DNA from: Cenococcum geophilum | Lineage: Eukaryota | Direction of reading: 5' to 3' | Length of the DNA stretch: 64,000 bases | Assembly: GCA_050273025.1 (NCBI GenBank) | Contig: CP158636.1 | Coordinates: 11,036,001 to 11,100,000 of the forward strand | Part shown: positions 13,399 to 26,000 of the stretch, piece after piece | How positions within the stretch are numbered: position 1 is the stretch's first letter | Layout: each line of letters opens with the position of its first letter | Translations under genes and position numbers: made by a program | Notes under the pieces: model-generated | What the model was told of the DNA's origin: nothing | What the model saw: only the letters and a program-made list of their open reading frames with translations | Databases searched by the model: none

Positions 13399-16300
13399 AA
13401 ATCTACCTAAATTATAAAGCATACTATATATTATTATAGATTATATATATAGATAATTATTACAATATATATATAATACTAAAAGTTAGGAATAAGAAGT
13501 TTCTAGATAGAATAGACTAGGTACTATATAAACAGAAATGCTAAAACGTAAAGTTTATATATAGTTAGCACCTAGAAGAGACCTAAATAAATAGGTACCT
13601 ATAAATGGAACTAGGAAGGTTCTTAAAGGAAGAGTACCTAGAGGGGCGAAACTAGTAGGAATATACTAAGAACTTTTGCCTATAATATATCGTAGATAAG
13701 AAAGAAGCTAAGTACTAGTCTAATAGAGTCTAAGAATAAGAACTAGAGAATTCGAGAAAAGGGGAGGCCGATAGGACTAGAGGGAGCCAGTGGTAGAGCC
13801 TTAAACCCTTAAGGGAATACTAGGACGACACCTAAATTTAAAAATTAAATAGCAAGGCAGGAAGTTTAAAGCCTTAATATATAGTAGAGTAATAAGAAAC
13901 CATATATCACTAATAATAGTAAAACGATTAGGAATACCTTATAGACAGAAGGAGCGACCCTACTTACTAATAACAATTACTAGAGAACTAATATCCTATA
14001 AAGACAGAATAATTAATTTAGAAACTAAACTAGTAGAACTAGAAGTAGAAGGGAGAAGGATTAAAATAATATTCAATATCCTACCCTTAGGAAACGATAA
14101 AGTAGTTCTAGGAATACCTTAGTTATAGAAATACAACTCTAGGATTGACTAGATTATAGGAGAAGTTAAAATATAAGACACGCGATTACAACAGACCCGG
14201 TAGTAAGCTAAGATGGTATAGTATAAAGTAGGAGTAACCTATAAAGAAATTAAGAAACAGATCGGTTACGTACTGAAACGCTACTATAGATATTAGAAGT
14301 TATAGAATAAATAGTTCGGAGAACAATTAGCGGAATACATACCGTAGGATTATATAATTAATCTAGAATCAGGAATAAGTCTAAGGTTCTTTCCTATATA
14401 TAAACTTACGGAAACGGAATAATAAACACTTAAAGAGTTCGTATAAGAAAACCTGCGACTAGGAAGAATTAAACCATTACAGTCATTAGTAGGATATCTA
14501 GTGCTATTTATACTAAAGAAGAACGGAAAGCTTAGGCTATATATTAACTATAGATAGCTAAATAGTATCACGAAAAAAGATAGATACCTATTACCATTAA
14601 TTAGCGAGATCTAAGACCGGATAGGCAACGTATAGATCTTTACGAAAATAGATCTATAATAGGCATATTACTAAATTAGAATTAAAGAAGGTAACGAATA
14701 AAAGGAGCGTTTAGAACAAGGCAAGGCCTATTTAAACCAATAGTAATACAGTTCGGATTTATAAATACACTAGCCATATTCTAAAGACGTATTAACCACG
14801 TATTAGGAGAACACCTAGATAAATTTATTATAGTATACCTCGATAATATTATTATCTATTTAAATAACGAGGAAAAATATAAGGAATATATTAAGTAGGT
14901 TTTAAAGAGACTATATAAAGAAAATATGCTAGTAGCGATTAAGAAATGCGAGTTCTACACAAAGAAGACTAATTTTATAGGATTTATTATCGAACTAGGG
15001 TGAATTAGTATAGACCTAAAGAAGATCGAAGTTATTATAAATTAGCAAGACCCAGAGAGCGTTATAGGCCTAAGATCGTTCTTAGGATTCTATAACTACT
15101 ACTAGAGATTTATTAGGAAGTAATTAGACAAAATAAAACCCTTTACACGAATAACAAAGAAGAATATACCATAGAAATAGAACGACGAATAGAAGAAGTT
15201 ATTTAAAGAAATTAAAGAAAAGTCTATAGAGGAACTAATCTTAAAGATCTATTAACCAGCGCTACTAATAAAGGTTAAAATAGATTCGTTAAACTTCGCG
15301 TTAGGCGTATATTTACTATAAAAATATAAAGATAAAGTATAATATCTAGTTACATACTATAGCCAGAAGATAATACTACTGGAGCTAAACTACGACATCT
15401 ATAATAAGGAACTATTAGGAATAGTAGTAGCGCTTAAAGAATAGAGAGTATTTTTATAAAGCATAACGGAACCGTTTATAGTAAAAACAGATTATAAGAA
15501 TTTAACGAGATTCTTAACCACAAAGGGCCTAAACCAACGATAGATTAGATAGGCGGAAATACTTACGGAATATCACTTTAAGATTAAACACATTAAAGGC
15601 ATAGATAACGCTAAAGCAGACACTTTAAGCAGGAAAGCAGAACTATAAAATTATAAGAAACTATTAGGAGCGATATTAAGACTAGATAAAGATAGGCGGA
15701 TCAGATATAATTACCTACAGCTAGCAGCTACATACAAAGCACCGATTAGTAATTAGGAAATAAGGATCTAGAAAGCACAGCTTAAAGACTTAAACTTAGA
15801 GGACTATATAAATAGGGAACTTATATACATTCTAAGGAGCATTATAGAAGAATTTATTAAAGATTTCTATTAGAGAATAACGTAAGGATATAACAGAGCA
15901 ACGGCTTTAGTAGCAAGGCTATAAAAGGAATACATTATCTAAGGAATATAGACTATCGCAAGGAAGACTATAAAAGAGTATCTAGATTATTAAAGGAATA
16001 AGCCCTTACAATATAAGTAGTATGGATTATTATAGTTAGTAGAGGTACCGGAAGGACCCTAGGAAACTATCGCCTAGGACTTCATTATAAAGCTACTAAA
16101 GTCGAAGGACCCTATAACAGGATAGGAATATAACTTAATATTCGTAATAGTAGAGAAGTTAACTAAGTAGGGATACTTTATTCTATATATAGAAGAAATA
16201 TCAGCAGAAGATATAACGAATATCTATATAAGAGAAGTATTCTTAAGACACGGAGCACTAAGGAAGATCATATCTAATAGAGATATAAGATTTATATTAG

Positions 16301-17129
16301 CATTTTAGCAAGTATTTATAGTAGCATAAGGGGTATAAATAGCGGCGTCTACGACAGACTATCTATAGACAGACGGACAGACGGAAAGGTTAAACTAGAT
16401 ACTTAAGATATATCTAAAGCATTATATTAACTACGTGTAAAATAATTAGGCAGTACTATTACTAGTTACTTAATTTACATAATACTATACCTTAGGAGGG
16501 AATTAAAACCTTACCGTTTAAAGTAAATTACAGATATAAGCTAAAGACATTATTAACCCTAAGATAAGCCAAGAAGGCAAGTAAAGAGGGGTAAGAAATA
16601 ATAGAGACACTTATAAATCTTTATAAAAACCTCTATAAAATAGCCAAACTAATCTAAGAAAGGATAAAAAAAATACTACAACTTTAAGAAGTCTAAGGGG
16701 CTAGACCTTAAAAAGGGGGGTAAAGTATAGTTACTATACAAAAAATTTAAAAGTAGGCGACCAAATAAGAAGCTAGATTACGTTAAAATAGGATTATTTA
16801 AGATTTTAGAAAAGATCTTAGAAGTTATATATAAGTTAGACTTATTAGAGAAAATAAAGATCTACCTAGTATAGTATATTATAATGCTAGAACCAGCATA
16901 TAAAGATATAGAAATACTAGTATACAAATAAGACACGTATAGAGGACGTAAGGAAAATAAATAGCCAGTTAAAAGAATTATTGGTTACAAGGATATTAAG
17001 GACTAGAGATAGTATAAAGTCGTATAGGAAGGTTATAACGAAACTATATAAGAACTAAGGGAGAACCTAGAAAATGCTAAGAATAAAGTATAGGCGTATT
17101 ATAAGAAAGTAGATTAGATAGTAAAGAGG

Positions 17130-17720
17130 ACTTAACAAAGAAAGAATTACTTAAGGGAGACTTAAAAGGATTATCTACTAAGCTACGGGGATCTATTTCC
17201 TTCTCTTATTAATTGGAACCCGTTCTTTTATTCTCCTCTACTTTATATAAAACCTTACTCGACAAGCCAAAACTCTTTTAAATAAACTTTCTTATAAGTC
17301 TTCTAAAGGCGCTAAAGTTTCATAAAGGTAAACTATTAGACCTTAAGGGCGCGAGCAGCCTCCTTAGTTAAACGATAAACCTCAGCTAGAGCCTTAGAAA
17401 GCTTACTATTAAGTTTTTTAGTAGTAAACTAAACCCAAAACCCTATAACAAATTAATTAAAGAAGTAGAAGACTTTAAAGACGTATAAGACGCGTATATT
17501 TAGTATTTAATACCAATTAAACATTATATAATAATCGTATATTCGCTTTTATACACTCGGCACACAAAAAAGGCTAGCGACCAAAGGGAGCCGTAATCAC
17601 GACGCATACTAAATTCTTCTTAGAATAGCGAGAATAGAAAGGTATAACTTTACCTAATGATAGTATAACGGCAATAAGCAGAGCATAACGCTTAGATATA
17701 GAGGATCTAATAGGAGGTAT
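17130..17720 (-). pseudogene. Antisense ORF in A: C6 Zn-cluster-like motif plus predicted coiled coil, RIP-degraded
   Basis: De-RIP reading MPPIRSS...AVILSLGKVMPFCSRCSKKNLVCVVITAP.GRQP..CAECxKANTxxC; homologous to the ORF in E; 3' end approximate. Confidence 0.65.
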
Positions 17721-17834
17721 ATTAAGTTATTTACTTAGAATAAACTAAATTAAAAAAAGGAATACTGCACCTCTTATTAACGACTTTAAGATATAGGGAG
17801 TCTTTAAAGATAAAGATAGAGAGAAGGGGGCGGG

Positions 17835-18255
17835 TATTACAGACCTTATATTATGGATATTATAACTACTAAGAGCGGAGCTTAAAGAGTTAGTAGGCGT
17901 AGCCCATGCTATAATAGAGCCTATTAAGCTATATAACGAAGAATGGTAAGTAAGGTTATATAATAGAAACTTAGTACGTAAGTACGTAAGTACATAGGAA
18001 CGTGACGTACTAATATACCAACGTACTAACGTAGCGAAGGGATTTCTTAAGAGTACGATTGTATATTTAAAGGACTATAGTCACTACCTAGATAGTTCTC
18101 TCTTTGTAATAAATCTTAGAATATAATTAAAGTTATCTATTAGGTATATACTCTATAGTTATTATTTAGTAACCTTTATTACTCTCCCTATTTTACCTAT
18201 ATACCTAGCCCAATTAGGGATACACCGGCAGTACCTACTACCTATATCCGTGACA
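17835..18255 (+). repeat. 3' LTR of A (421 bp)
   Basis: Matches 4526-4946 with transition differences. Confidence 0.95.
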
Positions 18256-18619
18256 ATCTTATTTAACTTAACGGAGGTATTATTAAGTAATTAACACCTT
18301 ATACTCTAGCTTAAAATAGACCTATAGAGAGGTTAGGGAGAGCTATTTCCAAATAAGTAAGGACTGCTATTATTAAAGCAAAGTTACCTATAGATCTATG
18401 GCCCGAGTTTGTGCTCTTAGCAGTATTCTTACTTAACCAAACTCTAATTAGGTCCATTAACTAAAGAACCCTATTTAAGATACTTTATAAATAAAAGCTA
18501 TAGCTAGTAGGGCTTTATATAGCTAGATTATTAAATACGGCATTTCTAGGAAGGTAAAGTTTAAGCTATAAGCCTAAATAGATTATTTTATTAGTATAAA
18601 AGCCTTAAATATCTATCGG

Positions 18620-18812
18620 TATTATAGGGCGGGGGTAGTAGCTATAAAGCGTATGTATTTAAGGAGTCTATAAAACGTTACGCAATTAATTATAAGGGTT
18701 AAGGGCGTAGGAAGGTAATATACCTACGCGTAGCTAATATAAGCTGTACGTAAGGTATATGCGAAAGTACAGGGCTCTCCTATAGAGGCCCCTGTAGTAG
18801 GGTTCCGTAATA
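18620..18812 (-). repeat. 3' LTR of C (193 bp)
   Basis: Matches 43976-44168. Confidence 0.92.
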
Positions 18813-21800
18813 CTACCCCCCCTCCTATAGAGGCGGAGCTCTGGCGATGCTATGGTTACTATATACATATAAAAGGGACACTTAAGGTATAGAGAAGAAG
18901 AAAAAGAGGGTATTACTAAAGGCTTGCAATAATATTATATAATAAGGCTTAGTACCTAAGAATCTAACTAATTAGACAATTTTAACTACCAGTTAAAGTT
19001 CCTGGACATCTTATAATATTCCAGTCATGTAATCGCACTTTGCCATTATATAATAGCAATTTGCGGTAATCTAACGGCAATTTGCCCTTACATGGCAATA
19101 TATAACGGTTTAACTCTATAAGGGCTCCTATAGAGGATTAGGTATAAAATCTCTACTTAAGCCTAGTTTCTATGGGTTTGTATAATAGAAGTCGCTAATT
19201 AGATCCTTTACATTTTTAAAGTCTTCCTATAGTTGCTATTTTGGTTAATCTATATTAAATCCTGTATAGATAGCTCTATAGTAGAGCCGCCGTCCTCTAC
19301 CTTTGCTAAAGTATTTAGAGTTAATAATTTGTTTAATAGTCTACTCCTTATAGTTCTTATCTTTGTTCTTATCTTAAATTCGTACTAGTAGGGGTTTAGG
19401 CTATATATATTCTAATAAGGGGTTAGGCTAGTAAAGGTATAGTAGCTATAGGCAAAATATAGGCTATATTTTATAGGTAGCTAGGGCAGGCGGGAGCTCT
19501 AGTTTATATATAGCTCCCCTATTAACAACTTATTTAATTAAATAGGGGCTAAGATTCTTATAATTAAGTAACTTTATAGGCCTTTATATAGAGATATTGC
19601 GTATATTTAGCTATACTTAGTCGCCAACACGCATCTCCGGTGGTAGCGTTTTATAATAATTAGCAAAGTAGGCCTACTTTACTTAAGCCTAGGCTATTTC
19701 TCCCTTATAGTAGTTAAGTAGATTTTTTATACAGTCTATATACTAGTTGGTAAGTAGCATCTTAAGGCGTTTTCTATATAGCAGTTTCTTATTAATAGGT
19801 TCTAGTGGCTCTATGCTAAATTAGGGGTAATAACCTTTATTTGCAAAAAACGGGGTAAGTCCTATAGTAGTTAAGGTATAGTTATTTGCTGCAAATTTAC
19901 TTAGTAGAAGGTAATTCACCTAGTTATCTTAACTATAGGCGACTACCTGTTATAGGTACGCTTTTATGCTAGTATTAGCGTTTTCCAGTTACCCAGTAGT
20001 TTTATAGTAGAAGGATATAGACATCTTAACGGAGATATTAAGGCGTTAGCAGATTCGTCTCTATATATTAGAGTTAAACTATATACCTTAGTTAGACGTA
20101 ATTAAGTTAGGTAACCTATGTAATTAGTAAATTTTGCAAAGGAAGGCGTTAGTAACATCGCTAATGGCTACGCCTTTAGTTAGGACGTAGTGGCGCTCTT
20201 TTATAAGTTAATATATTATTATAAAGATGTTCTTATAGGTATAGCCATATCATTTATAGGGTAGTAGGTTAACAACAAAATTAATGGCAATATCTACCTA
20301 TTATTATATAGGTACTAGTAGAGGGTGCAGTAGTCCTTGGTACTTTATATTAAAGGCCTTAACGCGCTTATAATTATAGCAGGCGCCTATAAAGCGTTTA
20401 ACTAAGTCTATTATTTTTGGCTAAAAGTAATATCGGCTAAAAAGCTTATAGGTTCCTCCTCTACCTAAATAGCCGCTTAATTGGAGGTCATGGGCTATTT
20501 AGATTAGTTGCTATTATAGATTTTCTAAGTTAGGGATAAATAGGCGGCCTCTATAATAAAACCTGTTCTCTTTTACTTTTAAGGCTGCTATGTTAATCTA
20601 GCCTAAGCTTTAGAGGTTAGTAGGCAGCATATAGGCGCTAGTGGTCTTTATGGCAATAAGTTAATGCAGTAATAGATTAATAGAGGTGTTATATACCGTA
20701 ATAATAAGTTTGTTAATTTTAGGAGGTAACTTTAGTTCTATAGTATAAAGCTAAGGTATAGTTAGCTCTATTATAGGTAGTATACCTAGGGCTAAGTTTC
20801 ATGCTTTTAGGATTATTTATTATTAAAACTAATTATAAGGGTTATTTTTTAACTAAGGAAGGTCTTACGAGCGGCGTATTAGGCTATTAGGCTTAGTACC
20901 TTATACTCCTAGTCTATATACGATTTTAAAGTTAAAACTAGAAAGGAACTCGTTCCAGCGTGCTTAGCATTAGTTTAGCTATTTTATAGTTATAAAGTAC
21001 TTAAGGTTATAATAGTCCGTAAGAACTTTAGTTAGCTAATTAGGTTCTACTAAGGAAAGTTCCGGTTAGAATTCTTTAAATATTTATATAATTGCAAGGA
21101 GTTCCTTATTATAGGTCTTATGGTTACATTCTTATAGTATAAGCTTAGATAAGTAGAATGCGACTAGGTAGAGAAAACTGTTATTACCTATCTAGAAGAG
21201 GACGCCTGCGTTAACGTAGTTTAAAGAGTTAGTCTTAAGATAAAGTTATCGTCCTAGTATAAAATAAGCTAAGATAGGTGCTTTAGTAAAAGCATCTTTA
21301 AGGTCTTAAAACGCCTTCTTATATTTACGCGTCTAGATAAATTGTAGATATATTTTTCTTCCTTTTACAGAAAGGCCCTTCGTTCGCATTATTGCTATAA
21401 GTAGTGCTATAACACCTAAGAAGTTGAATATTAATTTTTAATAGAAGTTGGCAAAGCTAAGGAAGGCTTATATGTCTTTAATACAGTTAGGGGTTTGCTA
21501 TTTAGTAATTATATATACCTTCTTAGGGTCCATACGGACACCCTTAATAGTAATAATTAGTTTAAGATATTTTACTTATATAACTAAAAATTCGCACTTT
21601 TTTAGATTAATATAAAGTCCTATATCCCTAAGGCGCTATAGGACCTTTTAAACGTGCTTAGTATACTTAAAAGGGTTATTGCTATAAATAAGTATATTAT
21701 CCAGGTACGTAAAGCAGAAGTCATTAAGGTAGTCCTATAAGGCGTTATTAATATAGCTTTAGAAGCTGCCTGGGCCGTTATATATGCTAAAGGGTATAAC

Positions 21801-22787
21801 AGTATATTTAAATTGGCTAAAGCGCAATGCAAATGCGGTTTTCTATTTATTACCCTCCCGTATTTAGAGGCGGTTAAAAGCGGCGATAATATTAAGCTTA
21901 GTATAGATTTTGGCTTAGCTAAGCCGCTTAAGAGTCTTATATATAAGCGGTATAAGGTATTAGTTCTTAATCGTAATAGCATTAAGTCCTTTATAATTAA
22001 TATAGAATTAGATACCTCCTTCTAGCTTTTTAGTAAGGAGAATAGGGGCGGCTGCTAGGAATATACTAGGACAAATAAATCCTTTGTTAAGGTACTTATT
22101 AATATACTTTTTAATAACTAGAAGTTCGTCTTTTAATATTAAATAGGGTCTCTTATAGAATAGCGTTTTTCCTTATTTAATATTAATGGTATAGTTATTG
22201 GGTTAATATAGGGGGAGTATATCTACGCTCTTTTATAAGCATATATTAATAAAGTTATAGTACCTCTTAGGGAGGAGCTTGCGAAGTTCCTCGTTAGTAA
22301 ATCCTTTTTGAAGTATTATAAATTTCTTAAAGTCTAAAGGTAAAAGTCCGTAGAGTTCCATGGGGGCATTATCTTTTAAAAGGTTGGCTATGTCTATCCT
22401 ATTACTATAGAGGACGTAGTTTTATTCTTTATTAAGCTTATATAATTATAATTAGAAAGCTACGGTAATGGTCTAGTCTTTTTTACATACTATATGGTAA
22501 AAGGCTGCGGCGCTTATGTAATAGCAGTTGGTTATAGGTAGGGTAATAAGGGGTTTCTTAGGTTAATATCCTAGGGAGTAAATAAAGGTGGTTAGGCTAT
22601 GCCCTAGGCAAGTCTCTCTATAGTATTTAGAGTTAAAGGTTACTTCTTTCTTTTTCCAGTTAATGGTGGGGTTATATTATTTAAGCCAGTTTATTCTAAG
22701 GATAATAGGGTAGTTAGCAAGTGGTATAATATAGGCCTAAAGTTTTTTCTAGTGCCCGTTTATATCTAGGTAGAGTTATGCCATATA

Positions 22788-22966
22788 TATTAAAATAAGG
22801 TTATTAAGGCTAAAACTCTATACATTACTTATTTTCTATATAGGTAGTTAAAGAGATTTTAAGGAACTTTGACTAGCGGTTAAAGTTCTCTAATTAGTTA
22901 GATTCCTGCCAAGAGGTTCTCCCTAAGTCTTATTACGTAATATCATTACGGGCTTATTTTCTAACA
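22788..22966 (-). repeat. 3' LTR of D (179 bp)
   Basis: Matches 41814-41960 plus a 32-bp extra segment; PPT complement ccctccc follows. Confidence 0.9.
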
Positions 22967-23011
22967 CCCTCCCTTAAGCTTAATTAACGATACCGCTATA
23001 TACACTATATA

Positions 23012-26000
23012 GCCCGCGAAGCCCTACTACACGCGTCCACGTCGCCGCGGGTGGAAACATTATTGGGAAATCATTCCTTATGATGGCTAAGTGCAGAGGC
23101 GATGGAGGAGAGCCGTCGCAGCGCGCGCAGCGCGCTGGTGTTGCGACTCTGTGGTGTTAAGCCTATAACGCGTATATCGCCCTTAACAACACTAGGAGTC
23201 CTACTGCCCCTGCTTAGGGCTCCTGCTATACCATCTAGGGGGGCCATTAAGGGAAACTGGGATACGAAAACCGCCTAATATACGACTATCTAGCTCGCAG
23301 CTAGGCCCGAAACTAGCCTTATTTAGCTAGTTAACGTAAATACGCCCTAGGCGTATAATAAAACACCTTTAGGCTTACACAAGCTCTAAGATTAAAAGGA
23401 TACGGTAAGGGTATAGGGAACCTCTTTTTATAAGAACTTGTTAAGGTTAATGCGTTATAGATACTTTATATAAAACTTATTAAGGCCCTAAGGCCACTAT
23501 AAAGAACTTATTAAAGCCCTACCTAAAGAACTTATTAAGGCCCCTCTATAAGGGCCTATCTGGTATCCGGTATACCTAAGTAACTTAAAAAAGGTTCTTA
23601 ATAGGCGTGGTGCGCGCGACCTAGATAATAGTAATGCGATAGCGACGCGATGGCGACTAGACGGCTTAACGAGGTAAAAACACGGGTAAAGCTTTAGGCA
23701 GCGGAAACATAGGCCAGCTTTAACGGCCCTATGGCTTATAACTTAGTTAACTTATAGTTGACCTATAGTTAACTTATAGGCGACTTATAGGAGGGTCTTA
23801 ATAGGCGTGGTGTATGTAACCTAATATATATATATATAAGGCGACTTATAGAAGGGTCTTAATAGGTATAGTGTATATAACCTAATGTATATATATAGGG
23901 GAGGCTATAGGGGAAATATAGGCTAGTTAGATAAGAACTTAATAGTTAGAGATATAGGCTAGCTTATAAAAAGGGGGAACACAAGCTTAATTAGTAGGAG
24001 GGGGGAGAGTAGGTTATCCGGTGTGGGACCTAGTGTCTTTATAGCCCCCCTCCTATAAGACACAGTCGGCCTATTATAAGGAAACTCCTATAGGTAACGT
24101 GAAACGGGAACTAGTAGTATATAGGGTGTTACGCCCCTATATTGCTACTGGCTTTCTATAGGGCGTAGTATATAGTAGCCACTACTAGCTCTAAGGACCT
24201 TACCCCTTAATTAGGCTTTAACCTTTAGTACACCTAGTAGGTAAGTAGGATTATACCCTAGCCAGAGAAACTATTATATAGCTTAAGAGAACGGATGCGC
24301 GTGTTAGTATATTAATAGACGGAACCATTTGCCTTTAGGGTAGCTTGCCGGTAAGATATATTTAAGAAGTAAATAGGAGTTACTTAGGCGGGAGAGGCAG
24401 TGGCTCGGCCTCGTCCGTAGAAGGTATACCCAACTATATTATAGGATGCAGCTATAACGCCCCTATAGGATTACGTTAGTAGGTATAAAGATAGGAGTTA
24501 TAACCCTTAGAAACGGTAGCTTATACCTACGCTAGCGGAAATAATAAAGAAAGGCGTAAAATTAGAGGCTATAGAAGGCTCCTAAGCCGTACAAAAGTGT
24601 ACTAACTTTAGGAGGAAACTCTTATATAGACTGCTAGGGGGCAGACTAGTACTTAGGTAATACTATTATAAGATATCCAAAAGAACTGGTAAAACTCCCC
24701 GTAATTAGTAGTGGCAGCTAACTACTTATAGATTGGGACTAAAGCACTAGAAAACTAGGGTAGAGGCCTAAATAAGTAGGTATATTAAACTTTACTATAT
24801 TACTAGTTAATATATAACTACCTACTATTATATAGTATAACTGCGGCAATATAAACCACCGCTTTGCAAGGCCCCTACTAGACAGTCTAGACCTAGAGAA
24901 ACACTATATCCTTACTATATAAGAGCCGTATTATAATACCTTTATATAATCAATATACTGCCCCTAAGGATTCTAGCTCCTATACGAACTAAAAGCAGCT
25001 ATATACGTATGCTTTATAATTAATAAGGCTATCAGCCTGTCCTTATAGTTATAGCAGGCAGTTAACCTAGATATTGCTGTTATAATAATCTAAATATATA
25101 GGGGACCGGTATAAATTATTAATGTATATAACCCTAGGGTTAAAGGGGTCCCATAAATAGAGAATATTATATCGGTAATAAGCTTACTAAAAACCGAAGG
25201 TATAGAGTCTATCCTATTAGGAGATATAAACCTCTACTACCCGCGGTAGGGGGGTATCTATATTACTGTAGATTAACAGTTAGAGTGCCTACTAAGAGCT
25301 ATAGATATCTAGGGCCTTAAGCTAGCCACCCCCCTAAGAGCAATTATATAGCAATAAGGCACCGCTAAAAGTATAATTGACCTCACATTTATAGACGAAG
25401 GCCTATACCAGAGACTTAAAAGGTATAACCCTAAAGAAGAATAGGTACTTACCTTAGACTATATCCCTATTTAGATATAGCTAGACCTAGATACTAAAGC
25501 GCAACTAAATAGAAAAAGATATATAATAAGGAAGCTTAAGATAAATAGTTTCCTTAATGTAGTTAAACAACAACTCTAAGACCTAGAAGAAATCCACCTA
25601 ATACTAAACAAGCGAGGCTTATTGGCTACCCCTAAGGAAATTAACCGAAGACTAGAAAGGATCTAGGCAGCAATTAAAAATAGGCTAGAAGAGCACTGCC
25701 TGATCTTAAAACTGGGCCCTTATACGCGACATATATAGTCCATACAATGCGCAGTCCTAGTTGCCAGCTAACGACGAGCAAGAAGGAAATATATAAGTAG
25801 CTACGACCTTAAAGACGAGAGATAATATAAAGACATAAGAAACTAGCTAAAGAATACCCTAAAAAAAAGAAGTAAGGAATAACTGGAGATGGTTTATAAA
25901 CGAGTATACTTTTAACCCGAGCCTCCCCTATAATAAGGGCCTTTGGGCTATAGCAAAATAGGTAAAAAAAAAAAAGGCAGGGCGCCTAGTAGAAGACCTA

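Larger units (their letters stand above)
4526..18255 (+). mobile_element. Ty3/Gypsy chromovirus A, RIP-inactivated (about 7.7 kb without B)
   Basis: 421-bp LTRs; TSD ATCTT at 4521-4525 and 18256-18260; gag zinc knuckle ~5980-6025; protease ~13860; RT YLDN(D) ~14833; RNase H; integrase; chromodomain ~16950-17100; PPT before the 3' LTR. Confidence 0.95.

Noticed and set aside
21620..22025. Overlapping ORFs of 120 and 70 aa as intact CDS
   Set aside because: Off-frame or antisense fragments of the RIPed RT of element C.
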